NCBI GenBank assembly: GCA_050259195.1
Contig: JBLNAE010000090.1
Span: 1-35,641 of the forward strand
DNA from: Ignavibacteriales bacterium
GTDB lineage: Bacteria; Desulfobacterota_D; UBA1144; Nemesobacterales; CSP1-2
Direction of reading: 5' to 3'
Length of the DNA stretch: 35,641 nt
How positions within the stretch are numbered: position 1 is the stretch's first letter; each line of letters starts with the position of its first letter. The translations under genes were made by a program, and so were the position numbers. The notes under the pieces were generated by a model. It saw only the letters and a list, made by a program, of their open reading frames with translations, had not been told where the DNA came from and ran no database searches. This document shows positions 25,498-33,197 of this stretch, in pieces.

Positions 25498-26466
25498 TTA
25501 TCTGACCGTGTATTGATACGTCAGATCCTGCCCCCCTCTCGTAATATCTATACTGAAGCGGGACTGCTCTCTTAGCTCCTGAAAAACAGCGAAGGCGTTT
25601 TCAATGTTATCAAGCTCTACATCATTTATCCTGTGCACCACGTCCCCATTTCTAATTCCTATTCTAGAGAAAATGCTATTTGGTCTTACGGCAAAGAACC
25701 TCAGCCCGTCTTCCTGCGGAATGGCGCGGGCTTGGGTTAAAAGTTGGTTCGGATCACTCAGAGCATCATTCAGCATCTTTTGATCAATTTCATAAATCCC
25801 TTCAGCCACCTCCCTTATGCCCTCGCTCCCAATTTGCGGCGTGCCCGAATTCTGTGCAGAAATATTTTCTTTCCCACCCCGCGGACCCCTTCCCAATGAC
25901 GCAGAACCCCGACCCCACTGAGGCGAAGAGGCAGTGGAAGAGAAAACATTGCCCATATTTTTACACTTTATTGTCTCAGGCCCGTCAGAGCGCTCAACTA
26001 TGGCAATACAGTTTTCAACCTTCCCAAGCTTTACACTCTCAGATGTGATTATATCAATTACCTCTCCTGGAGAGTAGCCACGAACCTTGCCATTATCAAG
26101 GTTTTTAATAACAGCAGTAGATTTTTCCCCTGCATTAAGAACGGTTCCAAGAAGTTCAAGGTTAAGCGTAGTCTGAGGAACGCTGTTTGGAATCAGGTCA
26201 CCTGAACCCAAAGACGTATTTCTTAAACCAAATATATTTCTCTTTAATATAACGTTATAAGAATCATGGGAATATAATTGATTCGGTTTACTATTTACAT
26301 TTACATCTTCGAATATGGCACCTGAAGGAGGGCGAGCCTGGACCGACGGGGGAGACACCTTTTCTCTAATCCTATCGCTTACAATCTGAGCAATAGAGTA
26401 AGAAAGCCCTGCAAGAAGTATGAGATTTATGACCCAGATGTATTTTTTCAGAAGCGATACAATCAT
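25498..26466 (-). CDS. gspC: Type II secretion system protein GspC (TM-HR-PDZ)
   Basis: N-terminal TM helix and an HR-like segment (STAVIKNLDNGKVRGYSPGEVI...). The C-terminal PDZ is GLRFFAVRPNSIFSRIGIRNGDVVHRINDVELDN. It sits directly upstream of gspD. Confidence 0.75.
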   Translation of the reverse strand: MIVSLLKKYIWVINLILLAGLSYSIAQIVSDRIREKVSPPSVQARPPSGAIFEDVNVNSKPNQLYSHDSYNVILKRNIFGLRNTSLGSGDLIPNSVPQTTLNLELLGTVLNAGEKSTAVIKNLDNGKVRGYSPGEVIDIITSESVKLGKVENCIAIVERSDGPETIKCKNMGNVFSSTASSPQWGRGSASLGRGPRGGKENISAQNSGTPQIGSEGIREVAEGIYEIDQKMLNDALSDPNQLLTQARAIPQEDGLRFFAVRPNSIFSRIGIRNGDVVHRINDVELDNIENAFAVFQELREQSRFSIDITRGGQDLTYQYTVR

Positions 26467-26559
26467 TTAAGTAAATTGATTAATTATAGCTAACAAAATA
26501 AAGCGTTTTACTTTATAAGTCAAGAGCAATCTCACCTATATATTTACTTTTTCGAAGCA

Positions 26560-26584
26560 GGATGTATGGTCATACGTCCCTACA
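26560..26584. repeat. Imperfect hairpin related to the 17416 palindrome
   Basis: ggatgtat-ggtc-atacgtcc followed by ctaca. The cgtccctaca end is 9/10 identical to cgcccctaca at 17437-17446. It lies between the galT stop and the gspC start. Confidence 0.4.
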
Positions 26585-26599
26585 AAATAGAAATTTTCC

Positions 26600-27643
26600 T
26601 TATACGTTGTTTTTTATCTCCTCTCTCAGGTAATTGGCGGCTGCTTCCGGGGGCGTGGGATTTATAAAGAACCCTGCTCCCCATTCAAACCCCGCTATGC
26701 TCGTAAGGCGTGGAATTAGCTCCATATGCCAATGAAAATCAAAATCAATTGAATCCCAGTGCTGCGGTTGACCTGGACGTTTGAATTTAGGGGGAGACGT
26801 ATGGATCACAAAATTATAAGGTGGGTCGTTTAAGAGCTTTTTGATGGACGTAAGACAGAGTTTTAGCACAGGGGCTAGGTCTCTTAACTCCTCGTCACTG
26901 AGCATCGAAAAATCGTGCAGGTGTTTTTTAGGAAGTATCCACGTCTCAAAGGGAAAGCTCGAGGCAAATGGAGCCCATATAACATAGTCCCTTGTTTCAT
27001 AAATGATCCTTGTTCCAAACTCGATTTCCTGTTTTATAAGGTCGCATATAAAACACCTCTCCTTGGTCCTGAAGTTCTCTCTGCAACTGGCAAGCTCCTG
27101 CTTTACTATGGGTGGAACCATAGGAGTTGCGATGAGCTGTGAATGGGTGTGCGCAAGCGAGGCTCCGGCCTGAGCCCTGTGATTTTTGAATATTAATATA
27201 TAGCGAAGCCGAGGGTCGTGAAAGAGGTCCCTTATCCTCTCTCTAAAAGCCAAGAGCACATCCTTAATCCAATCCACATCGAGGTCGCCGAGACCTTTAC
27301 TGTGATCGGGGGTCTCTATAATTACTTCATGCGCTCCGGCGCCACTTACTACATCGAATATCCCCATTCCATATCTAATCGCGTTATCCTCTATCTGGAG
27401 TGCGGGAAATTTATTTGGAACGACCCTTACTCTCCACCCCGGAGAATTGGGTTTTGAGCCGTTCCTTATTGCAAAGATTTCAGGAGGGGTTTTTTCCTCT
27501 GAACCCTCGCAGAAAGGACACACAACTACCGTCTTGTCAGACTTATCATCTTGAGCAATCACATAATCACTCGGCCTTCTTGCCCTTTCAGGCGATATTA
27601 TTACCCATCTATTTCTAATTGGGTCGAACCTAAGTTCACGCAT
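26600..27643 (-). CDS. galT: Galactose-1-phosphate uridylyltransferase (HIT superfamily)
   Basis: RWVIISPERARRP, zinc knuckle CPFCEGSEEKTPPE, and the active-site HTHSQL (HxHxQ). Confidence 0.85.
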   Translation of the reverse strand: MRELRFDPIRNRWVIISPERARRPSDYVIAQDDKSDKTVVVCPFCEGSEEKTPPEIFAIRNGSKPNSPGWRVRVVPNKFPALQIEDNAIRYGMGIFDVVSGAGAHEVIIETPDHSKGLGDLDVDWIKDVLLAFRERIRDLFHDPRLRYILIFKNHRAQAGASLAHTHSQLIATPMVPPIVKQELASCRENFRTKERCFICDLIKQEIEFGTRIIYETRDYVIWAPFASSFPFETWILPKKHLHDFSMLSDEELRDLAPVLKLCLTSIKKLLNDPPYNFVIHTSPPKFKRPGQPQHWDSIDFDFHWHMELIPRLTSIAGFEWGAGFFINPTPPEAAANYLREEIKNNV

Positions 27644-27838
27644 TCAGTCCTCCAAACATTTGGCCAATAAAAGCCCAGTCATATATTAATTATCATGCAT
27701 TGGCAAAATAAAATTCCGCCAGAGTCGGCGCTTGGTTTATAGCTCGATTGGTTTATTGTTATTTGTTTATACATCTAATTTATATTGCATCTAATCCTAA
27801 TACTTTACTCATGCCTTTGTCAAGAATTTGTGTAGATT

Positions 27839-27858
27839 TGCACAGCCTCTACAGTGCA
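27839..27858. promoter_or_regulatory. Inverted repeat TGCAC-N10-GTGCA, candidate enhancer-binding-protein site
   Basis: Centred about 115 bp upstream of the sigma-54 -24 element at 27962. Confidence 0.3.
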
Positions 27859-27961
27859 TTAATCCCCACACAGGCGCATCTTTGCCTCTGACCGAAATCA
27901 TTCTACACGTAACTTCCCGCAATTAAAAACCAAAAAATCCAATTATAGATACGGAATCTGC

Positions 27962-27976
27962 TGGCACGAATATTGC
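27962..27976 (+). promoter_or_regulatory. Near-consensus sigma-54 (-24/-12) promoter upstream of rlpA
   Basis: cTGGCACGaataTTGCg matches YTGGCACGR-N3-TTGCW at every position except the last. It ends 70 nt upstream of the rlpA ATG, which has an AGGAGGA RBS. Confidence 0.55.
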
Positions 27977-28045
27977 GAAAAAAACTCATATCTACTTTTC
28001 ATCCTTTGATTTTAATAATGCTGAAGATTCTTCAGGAGGATAAAG

Positions 28046-28537
28046 ATGAAAAAATTAGTCAAGAACGTACTACTCCTTCTGATCTTACCGATCCTTCCGT
28101 TTTTCTCTTCTAAGTCCATTTCAAAAGAGAGTGTTCCAAATTCAGTAGAAAGCGCAACCACCGCAGAAAATCAAACGAGCGTTAAAGAAGGCCGAGCACT
28201 CAAGGTTCGCGCACAAATCGGCATTGCCTCATGGTGCGCCCATTGGCATGGTAAAAAAACGGCAAGCGGCGAGCATTTCAACATGTATGACCATACAGCC
28301 GCTCACAAGAGCCTACCATTGGGGACAGTAGCTAAAGTCACCAATCTGGAGAATGGAAAGCGCGTTATAGTGAAGATAAATGACAGGGGACCATATAAGA
28401 AAGGACGTATAATAGACCTCTCTCACGCCGCCGCTAAATCCATAGGAATGCTCAAAGACGGAACGGCTAAGGTAAAGGTCGAGGTAATCGCAATGCCCAG
28501 AGAAAAGGGCAATCTGCAAGCCAGTAACAGGAGTTAA
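28046..28537 (+). CDS. rlpA: Septal ring lytic transglycosylase RlpA-family protein (DPBB domain)
   Basis: Signal peptide, then GIASWCAHWHGKKTASGEHFNMYDHTAAHKSLPLGTVAKVTNLENGKRVIVKINDRGPY, the RlpA double-psi beta-barrel signature. Confidence 0.88.
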   Translation: MKKLVKNVLLLLILPILPFFSSKSISKESVPNSVESATTAENQTSVKEGRALKVRAQIGIASWCAHWHGKKTASGEHFNMYDHTAAHKSLPLGTVAKVTNLENGKRVIVKINDRGPYKKGRIIDLSHAAAKSIGMLKDGTAKVKVEVIAMPREKGNLQASNRS

Positions 28538-28556
28538 CATTTAGGAGAGACAGAGA

Positions 28557-28844
28557 ATGAGAAGGCTGTTTATATCTACATTCATCGCAGGGCTTATTTT
28601 TGGTGTAGGGAGTTCACTCGCCGTTACGAATGGAGACATAGATGGAATAAATACCGCGCCAAAGATAACAGAGATTATATGCGAGATAACCGACATTAAG
28701 GGCGATACGTTGGAAGCAAAAGACACAATAGGGGGGACTTATGAGTTTAAGACCGACGACATAAGAACGTTTGGAGAATTTAAGGTCGGTGATAATATTC
28801 ACCTAGAACTCAAAGATGGAAAAGCAGTTTCAATCTATAAATAA
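28557..28844 (+). CDS. Small secreted hypothetical protein
   Basis: AGGAGA RBS and a signal peptide, MRRLFISTFIAGLIFGVGSSLA|VT. 95 aa; no family recognised. Confidence 0.55.
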   Translation: MRRLFISTFIAGLIFGVGSSLAVTNGDIDGINTAPKITEIICEITDIKGDTLEAKDTIGGTYEFKTDDIRTFGEFKVGDNIHLELKDGKAVSIYK

Positions 28845-28889
28845 AGCCACAACGCACCAATATGTAATTCTCATGTCATCCACAACCAA

Positions 28890-29825
28890 TTATGGTTTGT
28901 GCTGGATGGAAAGGTTTGAAAGAATCCCACCCCCGCCTTTATCAAAAATTCTTCGGGCAAGCTCCTGTCCGGCAGATTTGTGATTTTGCACCGAGTCCTC
29001 GATTTCTTCTCTTATTACCTCTCCGCCGTCGGGAGAGGCTATCAGGCCAAGGATTCTAATTCTATCCTTCCGAACCGAAGCATGGCATCCTATGGGAATC
29101 TCGCAACTGCCGCCAAGCCATTCAAGAAACGCCCTCTCAGAAGAGACGGCGATCCTAGAATCTTCGTGATTAATTTGTGAAACCATCTCCGTTACTTCCT
29201 TGTCATCCTCTCTACACTCGACTGCCACTGCGCCCTGCCCGGGGGCAGGAACGAGAACATCAACGGAAAAGCACTCCGTGATTTCATCTCGAAATCCCAA
29301 TCTTTCCAAGCCCGCAAGCGCAAGCACAATGGAATCAAGCCCTTCGGTCTTTAATTTCCTCAATCTCGTATCAATGTTTCCTCTAAGTGGAAGAACTTGA
29401 ATATCAGGACGAAGATGGAGAAATTGAGCCTGACGCCTGAGACTGCTTGTCCCAATTTTCGCCCCCCTTGGAAGCTCGCGGAACTCAATGCCTCCATTTG
29501 AAACTAAAGCGTCTCTCGGATCATGTCTTTCAGCTACCGCTCCGATTATTAGTCCCTCGGGGAGAAACGTTGGAACATCCTTCATACTGTGGACGGCAAC
29601 GTCAATTTCCCACCGAAGAAGAGCCTCTTCAATCTCTTTTACAAACGCCTCTTTGCCGCCGATTTTGGAGAGCGGTGCGTCCAGGATTTTATCCCCGGTT
29701 GTTCGGATTCGATGTATCTCTACCTTTATCTGGGGGAATTTATCCTCTACGAGGCTCTTTATGAATCCCGCCTGCCAGAGCGCAAGCTGGCTTCCTCTAC
29801 TCCCAATCCTTAATTTCTGCCTCAT
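28890..29825 (-). CDS. hemC: Hydroxymethylbilane synthase (porphobilinogen deaminase)
   Basis: MRQKLRIGSRGSQLALWQA, followed by canonical HemC motifs (AVHSMKDVP, RGNIDTRL). The start is moved to the Met at 29825; the track start at 29867 adds 14 non-family residues read through the hemA remnant. Confidence 0.9.
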   Translation of the reverse strand: MRQKLRIGSRGSQLALWQAGFIKSLVEDKFPQIKVEIHRIRTTGDKILDAPLSKIGGKEAFVKEIEEALLRWEIDVAVHSMKDVPTFLPEGLIIGAVAERHDPRDALVSNGGIEFRELPRGAKIGTSSLRRQAQFLHLRPDIQVLPLRGNIDTRLRKLKTEGLDSIVLALAGLERLGFRDEITECFSVDVLVPAPGQGAVAVECREDDKEVTEMVSQINHEDSRIAVSSERAFLEWLGGSCEIPIGCHASVRKDRIRILGLIASPDGGEVIREEIEDSVQNHKSAGQELARRIFDKGGGGILSNLSIQHKP

Positions 29826-29979
29826 CTGCAACCCGGCTACAAGTGGAGAGCACAGAACACTCTTCAATGGTCTTCTTCTGGTATAGCTTGGTAAGCCCCT
29901 CTTGGGAGAATGAAAACCGCTCCCTTACCTCAACTGGAGTGTTCCTGTGATTTAGTCCTGTCAAAAATATCTGCATCAT
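29797..29979 (-). pseudogene. hemA: Glutamyl-tRNA reductase remnant (N-terminal ~50 codons only)
   Basis: MMQIFLTGLNHRNTPVEVRERFSF...ECSVLSTCSRV matches the conserved HemA N-terminus through the catalytic STC(N/S)R motif. The ORF then stops 10 codons later, overlapping the hemC start. Full-length HemA is about 420 aa. Confidence 0.7.
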
Positions 29980-30013
29980 CTTACATCTTAATTATGCCAC
30001 AGTTGCGTAATAT

Positions 30014-30667
30014 CTACCGTTGCTTACCTTTCTTTCTTATCTCCCAGGGTTTCATATCATTTTCCCAAAATCTCTGCTCTTTCCAAGGGTCGCCGTACAT
30101 GTGGTAGCCTCTGAGTTCCCAGAATCCGGGTTCATCTTCAATCATAAATTCTATCCCATTAACGTACTTTGCGCTCTTCCACGCATAAAGTTGAGGGATG
30201 ATGAGACGAAGAGGAAATCCGTGCTCAGGCTCAAGTGGCCTGCCATTGAGATTATAAGCAAAAAGAGAGTCTTCTTCGAGGAAATCCTCAACCGGAACGT
30301 TTGTCGTGTACCCCTCCATACAGTGAGCCATCAGATATTTCGCTTCAGGATTAGGGTCAACTAAATCATAAATAGTCCTTGTGCTCACCCCCTCCCAGAG
30401 CATGTTCTGTTTTGACCACTTTGTGACGCAATGAAAATCTGCGAGTACTTCTATTTTGGGAAGGCTCATAAACTCATCCCACGTGATCGTCTTTTTATCC
30501 TTCACTTCGCCGCCTATTACAAAACGCCACTTTTCTTTATTGAATGCCGGTCTCGGGCCAATGTCATACACCGGGAATTTCTGAGTCACCACCTGCCCCG
30601 GTGGAATTCTCTTCTGATGAGTAACTGTCGGGCTTACAATCTTTTTCATTCTACTTGTTTCATCCAT
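30014..30667 (-). CDS. Molybdopterin-dependent oxidoreductase, sulfite-oxidase family catalytic domain only (MsrP/YedY-like)
   Basis: FHCVTKWSKQNMLWEGV (Mo-ligand Cys context), GRPLEPEHGFPLRLIIPQLYAWKSAKYV, and EPGFWE. The first ATG (30667) has an AAGGA RBS; the track start at 30685 is a GTG. Confidence 0.8.
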   Translation of the reverse strand: MDETSRMKKIVSPTVTHQKRIPPGQVVTQKFPVYDIGPRPAFNKEKWRFVIGGEVKDKKTITWDEFMSLPKIEVLADFHCVTKWSKQNMLWEGVSTRTIYDLVDPNPEAKYLMAHCMEGYTTNVPVEDFLEEDSLFAYNLNGRPLEPEHGFPLRLIIPQLYAWKSAKYVNGIEFMIEDEPGFWELRGYHMYGDPWKEQRFWENDMKPWEIRKKGKQR

Positions 30668-30743
30668 TTTGTTTTCCTTAATCACAGAGAACAGGGAGAA
30701 AGAACTTAAAAATTTGTTTTCTCTTCCCGTAGCTAACGCCCCT

Positions 30744-31448
30744 TCAAAATGCCCCCCCTATGGGCATAATAACTATCTCTTCGGTTAAGGTCTCTTTTGG
30801 TTGTTTATAAATATTCACAACGGCTCTTGCAACGTCTTCGGGTTTCATCATCCTTGTCCTGTCCCAATTTCCCGGAATCTCTTTCCAGAGAGGCGTGTCC
30901 GTGGGCCCGGGAATTATAGCGGTGACCTTTATTCCCATCCCCCTGAGTTCCTCTCTTAGAGAATTCGTAAAGCCAAGAAGCCCGGATTTTGAGGCGCAGT
31001 ACGCAGACCAGTTGGGAAATCCCGCTTTAGAGGCAATAGAGACTATGTTGAATATGTGGTCTCCTTCTCTCATGAATCCAAGAGCATATTTTGTCATAAG
31101 AAAAGCCCCGGTCAAATTTACCCTAATCGTCTGCTCCCATCTAGATAAATCAAGGCGAGAAACAGATTCTACAAAAGCGACTCCCGCATTATTAACGAGG
31201 ACGTTTATGCCACCGCTAATCTGGGAAACCTCATTTATAAACCTTTCAACCTCCTCTTCAATCCCGATATCGCACACGATGGCTAAGGCTTCTCCCCCTC
31301 TTTCTTTTATCTCTCTTTCAACTGCCTTTATACTATCGAGCGTTCTTGCACAAATTGCAACCGCCGCTCCTCCTTTAGCAAATTCAAAGGCTATTTCTCT
31401 TCCTATTCCTTTTCCCGCCCCAGTAACAACCACGACCTCTCCATTCAT
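30744..31448 (-). CDS. Short-chain dehydrogenase/reductase; sepiapterin-reductase-like by context
   Basis: [12 protein letters not shown] Rossmann motif, NNAG, and the catalytic S...YCASK. A 4-nt overlap (ATGA) with the folE stop. Confidence 0.85.
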   Translation of the reverse strand: MNGEVVVVTGAGKGIGREIAFEFAKGGAAVAICARTLDSIKAVEREIKERGGEALAIVCDIGIEEEVERFINEVSQISGGINVLVNNAGVAFVESVSRLDLSRWEQTIRVNLTGAFLMTKYALGFMREGDHIFNIVSIASKAGFPNWSAYCASKSGLLGFTNSLREELRGMGIKVTAIIPGPTDTPLWKEIPGNWDRTRMMKPEDVARAVVNIYKQPKETLTEEIVIMPIGGAF

Positions 31449-31999
31449 TTGTGATTTCCTATAAAGCTCAGGAACTCCATTCTCGTTCTTTCATCCTCCT
31501 TAAAACCCCCATGCATGGCACTTGTTATCATCTTGGCTTCTGCCTTTTTAATCCCCCTCATAGCCATACAGAGATGGTATCCCTCTGCAACAACTGCCAC
31601 TCCGTCTGGTTTTAGAACCTCGTTGAGCAAATCCGCAATCTCTATTGTCATTCTCTCCTGAACCTGAAGCCTTCGGGAGAACATCTCGACGATTCTCGGA
31701 ATCTTGCTGAGTCCAATTATCTTTCCGTTTGGAATATAGGCCACATGACACGTACCAAAAAATGGGAGCAGATGATGTTCACAGAGGCTGTAAAATTCTA
31801 TATCCCTTACAACCACCATCTCGTCGTATTTTATATCAAATATTGCACCGTTAATTATCTCATGTGGCGATACCCTGTATCCCGCAGTCAATTCTCTATA
31901 CATCCTGGAGATTCTATCAGGGGTGTCTTGAAGCCCCTGGCGCTCAGGGTCCTCTCCAATCTCAAGAAGAATCTCCCTTACTGCTTTCTCAATGCTCAT
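31445..31999 (-). CDS. folE: GTP cyclohydrolase I
   Basis: [34 protein letters not shown] and QVQERMT are hallmark FolE type-1 motifs. Confidence 0.92.
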   Translation of the reverse strand: MSIEKAVREILLEIGEDPERQGLQDTPDRISRMYRELTAGYRVSPHEIINGAIFDIKYDEMVVVRDIEFYSLCEHHLLPFFGTCHVAYIPNGKIIGLSKIPRIVEMFSRRLQVQERMTIEIADLLNEVLKPDGVAVVAEGYHLCMAMRGIKKAEAKMITSAMHGGFKEDERTRMEFLSFIGNHK

Positions 32000-32066
32000 G
32001 CTGTCGTCTTTCCTCCTAAAGAACTATTTAACTTTGGTCACAAATGAATACGGATATAAAATGATG

Positions 32067-32098
32067 CAAGATGCATGATTCATGATGCATCTTGTTTT
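32067..32098. other. Perfect 10-bp hairpin in the 114-nt PTPS-folE intercistronic spacer
   Basis: caagatgcat-gattcatg-atgcatcttg, followed by tttt on the plus strand. On the coding (minus) strand only a weak U-rich tract follows. Confidence 0.45.
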
Positions 32099-32113
32099 GC
32101 GGCAATTTGTGGC

Positions 32114-32539
32114 TCAATTGTTATCCTCGAAATATTCGAAGTAATTATCCGGTGTCTCCCAGAGCTTCAGGTGAAGAAGTCTGCCCTTGTCCATCTTAGG
32201 CTGGAGTTTTATCCATATATACCTTACTATGTTTTCCCCGGAAGGAGTAAATTCTCTGAAATATGGAATCTCAACGTCTAACCTCGTGTGATCGAGTTCA
32301 TCTATAATGCCCTTCATCACCTCGTCCAGATCGCCGAGATTTATTATCATTCCTGTATCCTGATGAATATCCCCCGTTACCTTAACCTCAACATAGTAGT
32401 CGTGTCCGTGCCCTTTAGGATTGTTGCATTTTCCGAATATCCGGCGATTTTCTTCATCAGAATACTTCTTTGCATTGAGCCTGTGGGCGGCGGAAAAATG
32501 ATAAATCTTCGTTAGAGCGCATACCTCTTTTCCCATCAC
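32114..32539 (-). CDS. 6-pyruvoyl-tetrahydropterin synthase, eukaryote-like type (paralogue B)
   Basis: FSAAHRL...DEENRRIFGKCNNPKGHGHDY...DTGMIINLGDL...LDH...GENI, very close to the animal PTPS pattern FGKCNNPNGHGHNY. Confidence 0.85.
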   Translation of the reverse strand: MMGKEVCALTKIYHFSAAHRLNAKKYSDEENRRIFGKCNNPKGHGHDYYVEVKVTGDIHQDTGMIINLGDLDEVMKGIIDELDHTRLDVEIPYFREFTPSGENIVRYIWIKLQPKMDKGRLLHLKLWETPDNYFEYFEDNN

Positions 32540-32958
32540 TCCCTCCAGTAATCCACGTACAGGTCAGGAGTCTCATAAAGCCTGATTCTGTGGAGCCTAC
32601 ACTCCGCAGTCCCTTCAAGTTTTTTCTCTATTAAATCCCACAAAACCCGTGATATGTTCTCCGTTGTGGGGATTAAATTCTTGAAATGCGGGTTATCCTC
32701 ATTTAGAAATTTGTGGTCAAAGTCCTTGAGAACATCATTTATTATCGGCTTTAAATTGTACAGGTTTATAATCATCCCCGTGTCCGGATCAACGCTGCCT
32801 TCAATAGTAACTTCGAGTATGTAGTTATGCCCATGACCATAGGGACTGATGCATTTGCCGAATACGGCTCTATTTGCTTCTTCATTCCATTTTGGGTTCC
32901 AGTAGCGATGAGAGGCAGAAAACTCTACCCTTTTTGTAAGAAGGGTTTTATATCCCAT
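32536..32958 (-). CDS. 6-pyruvoyl-tetrahydropterin synthase, eukaryote-like type (paralogue A)
   Basis: FSASHRY...FGKCISPYGHGHNY...DTGMIINLYNL...FDHKFLN...TTENI. AAGGAGA RBS and a 4-nt overlap with paralogue B. Confidence 0.85.
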   Translation of the reverse strand: MGYKTLLTKRVEFSASHRYWNPKWNEEANRAVFGKCISPYGHGHNYILEVTIEGSVDPDTGMIINLYNLKPIINDVLKDFDHKFLNEDNPHFKNLIPTTENISRVLWDLIEKKLEGTAECRLHRIRLYETPDLYVDYWRE

Positions 32959-33022
32959 AACGATCTCCTTGGATTTTTTTCGAAATTTTTAGAATTTGGC
33001 CTTTTCTATCTCTCTTCATCTC

Positions 33023-33049
33023 TATTTGATGCTCAGTGCGCATCAAATA
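33023..33049. promoter_or_regulatory. 10-bp-stem palindrome in the divergent intergenic region
   Basis: tatttgatgc-tcagtgc-gcatcaaata, between the pterin operon start (32958) and the plus-strand ORF start (33198). Confidence 0.3.
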
Positions 33050-33197
33050 ATATCATTTTAGATGAGTTATATTAGATTTCAGATGCCAAATATTAACACC
33101 TAAGCACGTATCAAATTTAGTATTATTATGATAACATAGATTAACAAGTGTTACTAATCCGTTTTCTTTTTCCCAACTCTGCGGTAGTATTTATTTG

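Noticed and set aside
26467-26599. Possible sigma-70 promoter (TATAAT at 26483-26488 on the minus strand) or sigma-54 site for the T2SS operon
   Set aside because: The TATAAT has no acceptable -35 at 16-18 nt and would leave only a ~10-nt leader. The GG/GC spacing nearby is wrong for sigma-54, so the evidence is too weak to call a promoter.
27644-28045. Possible small RNA or tRNA in the 400-nt galT-rlpA intergenic region
   Set aside because: I could find no cloverleaf-compatible arms and no terminator-flanked stable structure. The region is better explained as divergent promoter/enhancer DNA.
29447-29886. Plus-strand ORFs 29447-29764, 29488-29886 and 29589-29813 opposite hemC
   Set aside because: They are mutually overlapping antisense frames with no family features, whereas hemC on the minus strand is unambiguous.
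30895-31464. 189-aa plus-strand ORF antisense to the SDR gene
   Set aside because: It is the typical Ala/Ser/Pro-rich antisense frame of a Gly/Ala-rich Rossmann-fold gene, whereas the SDR motifs on the minus strand are canonical.
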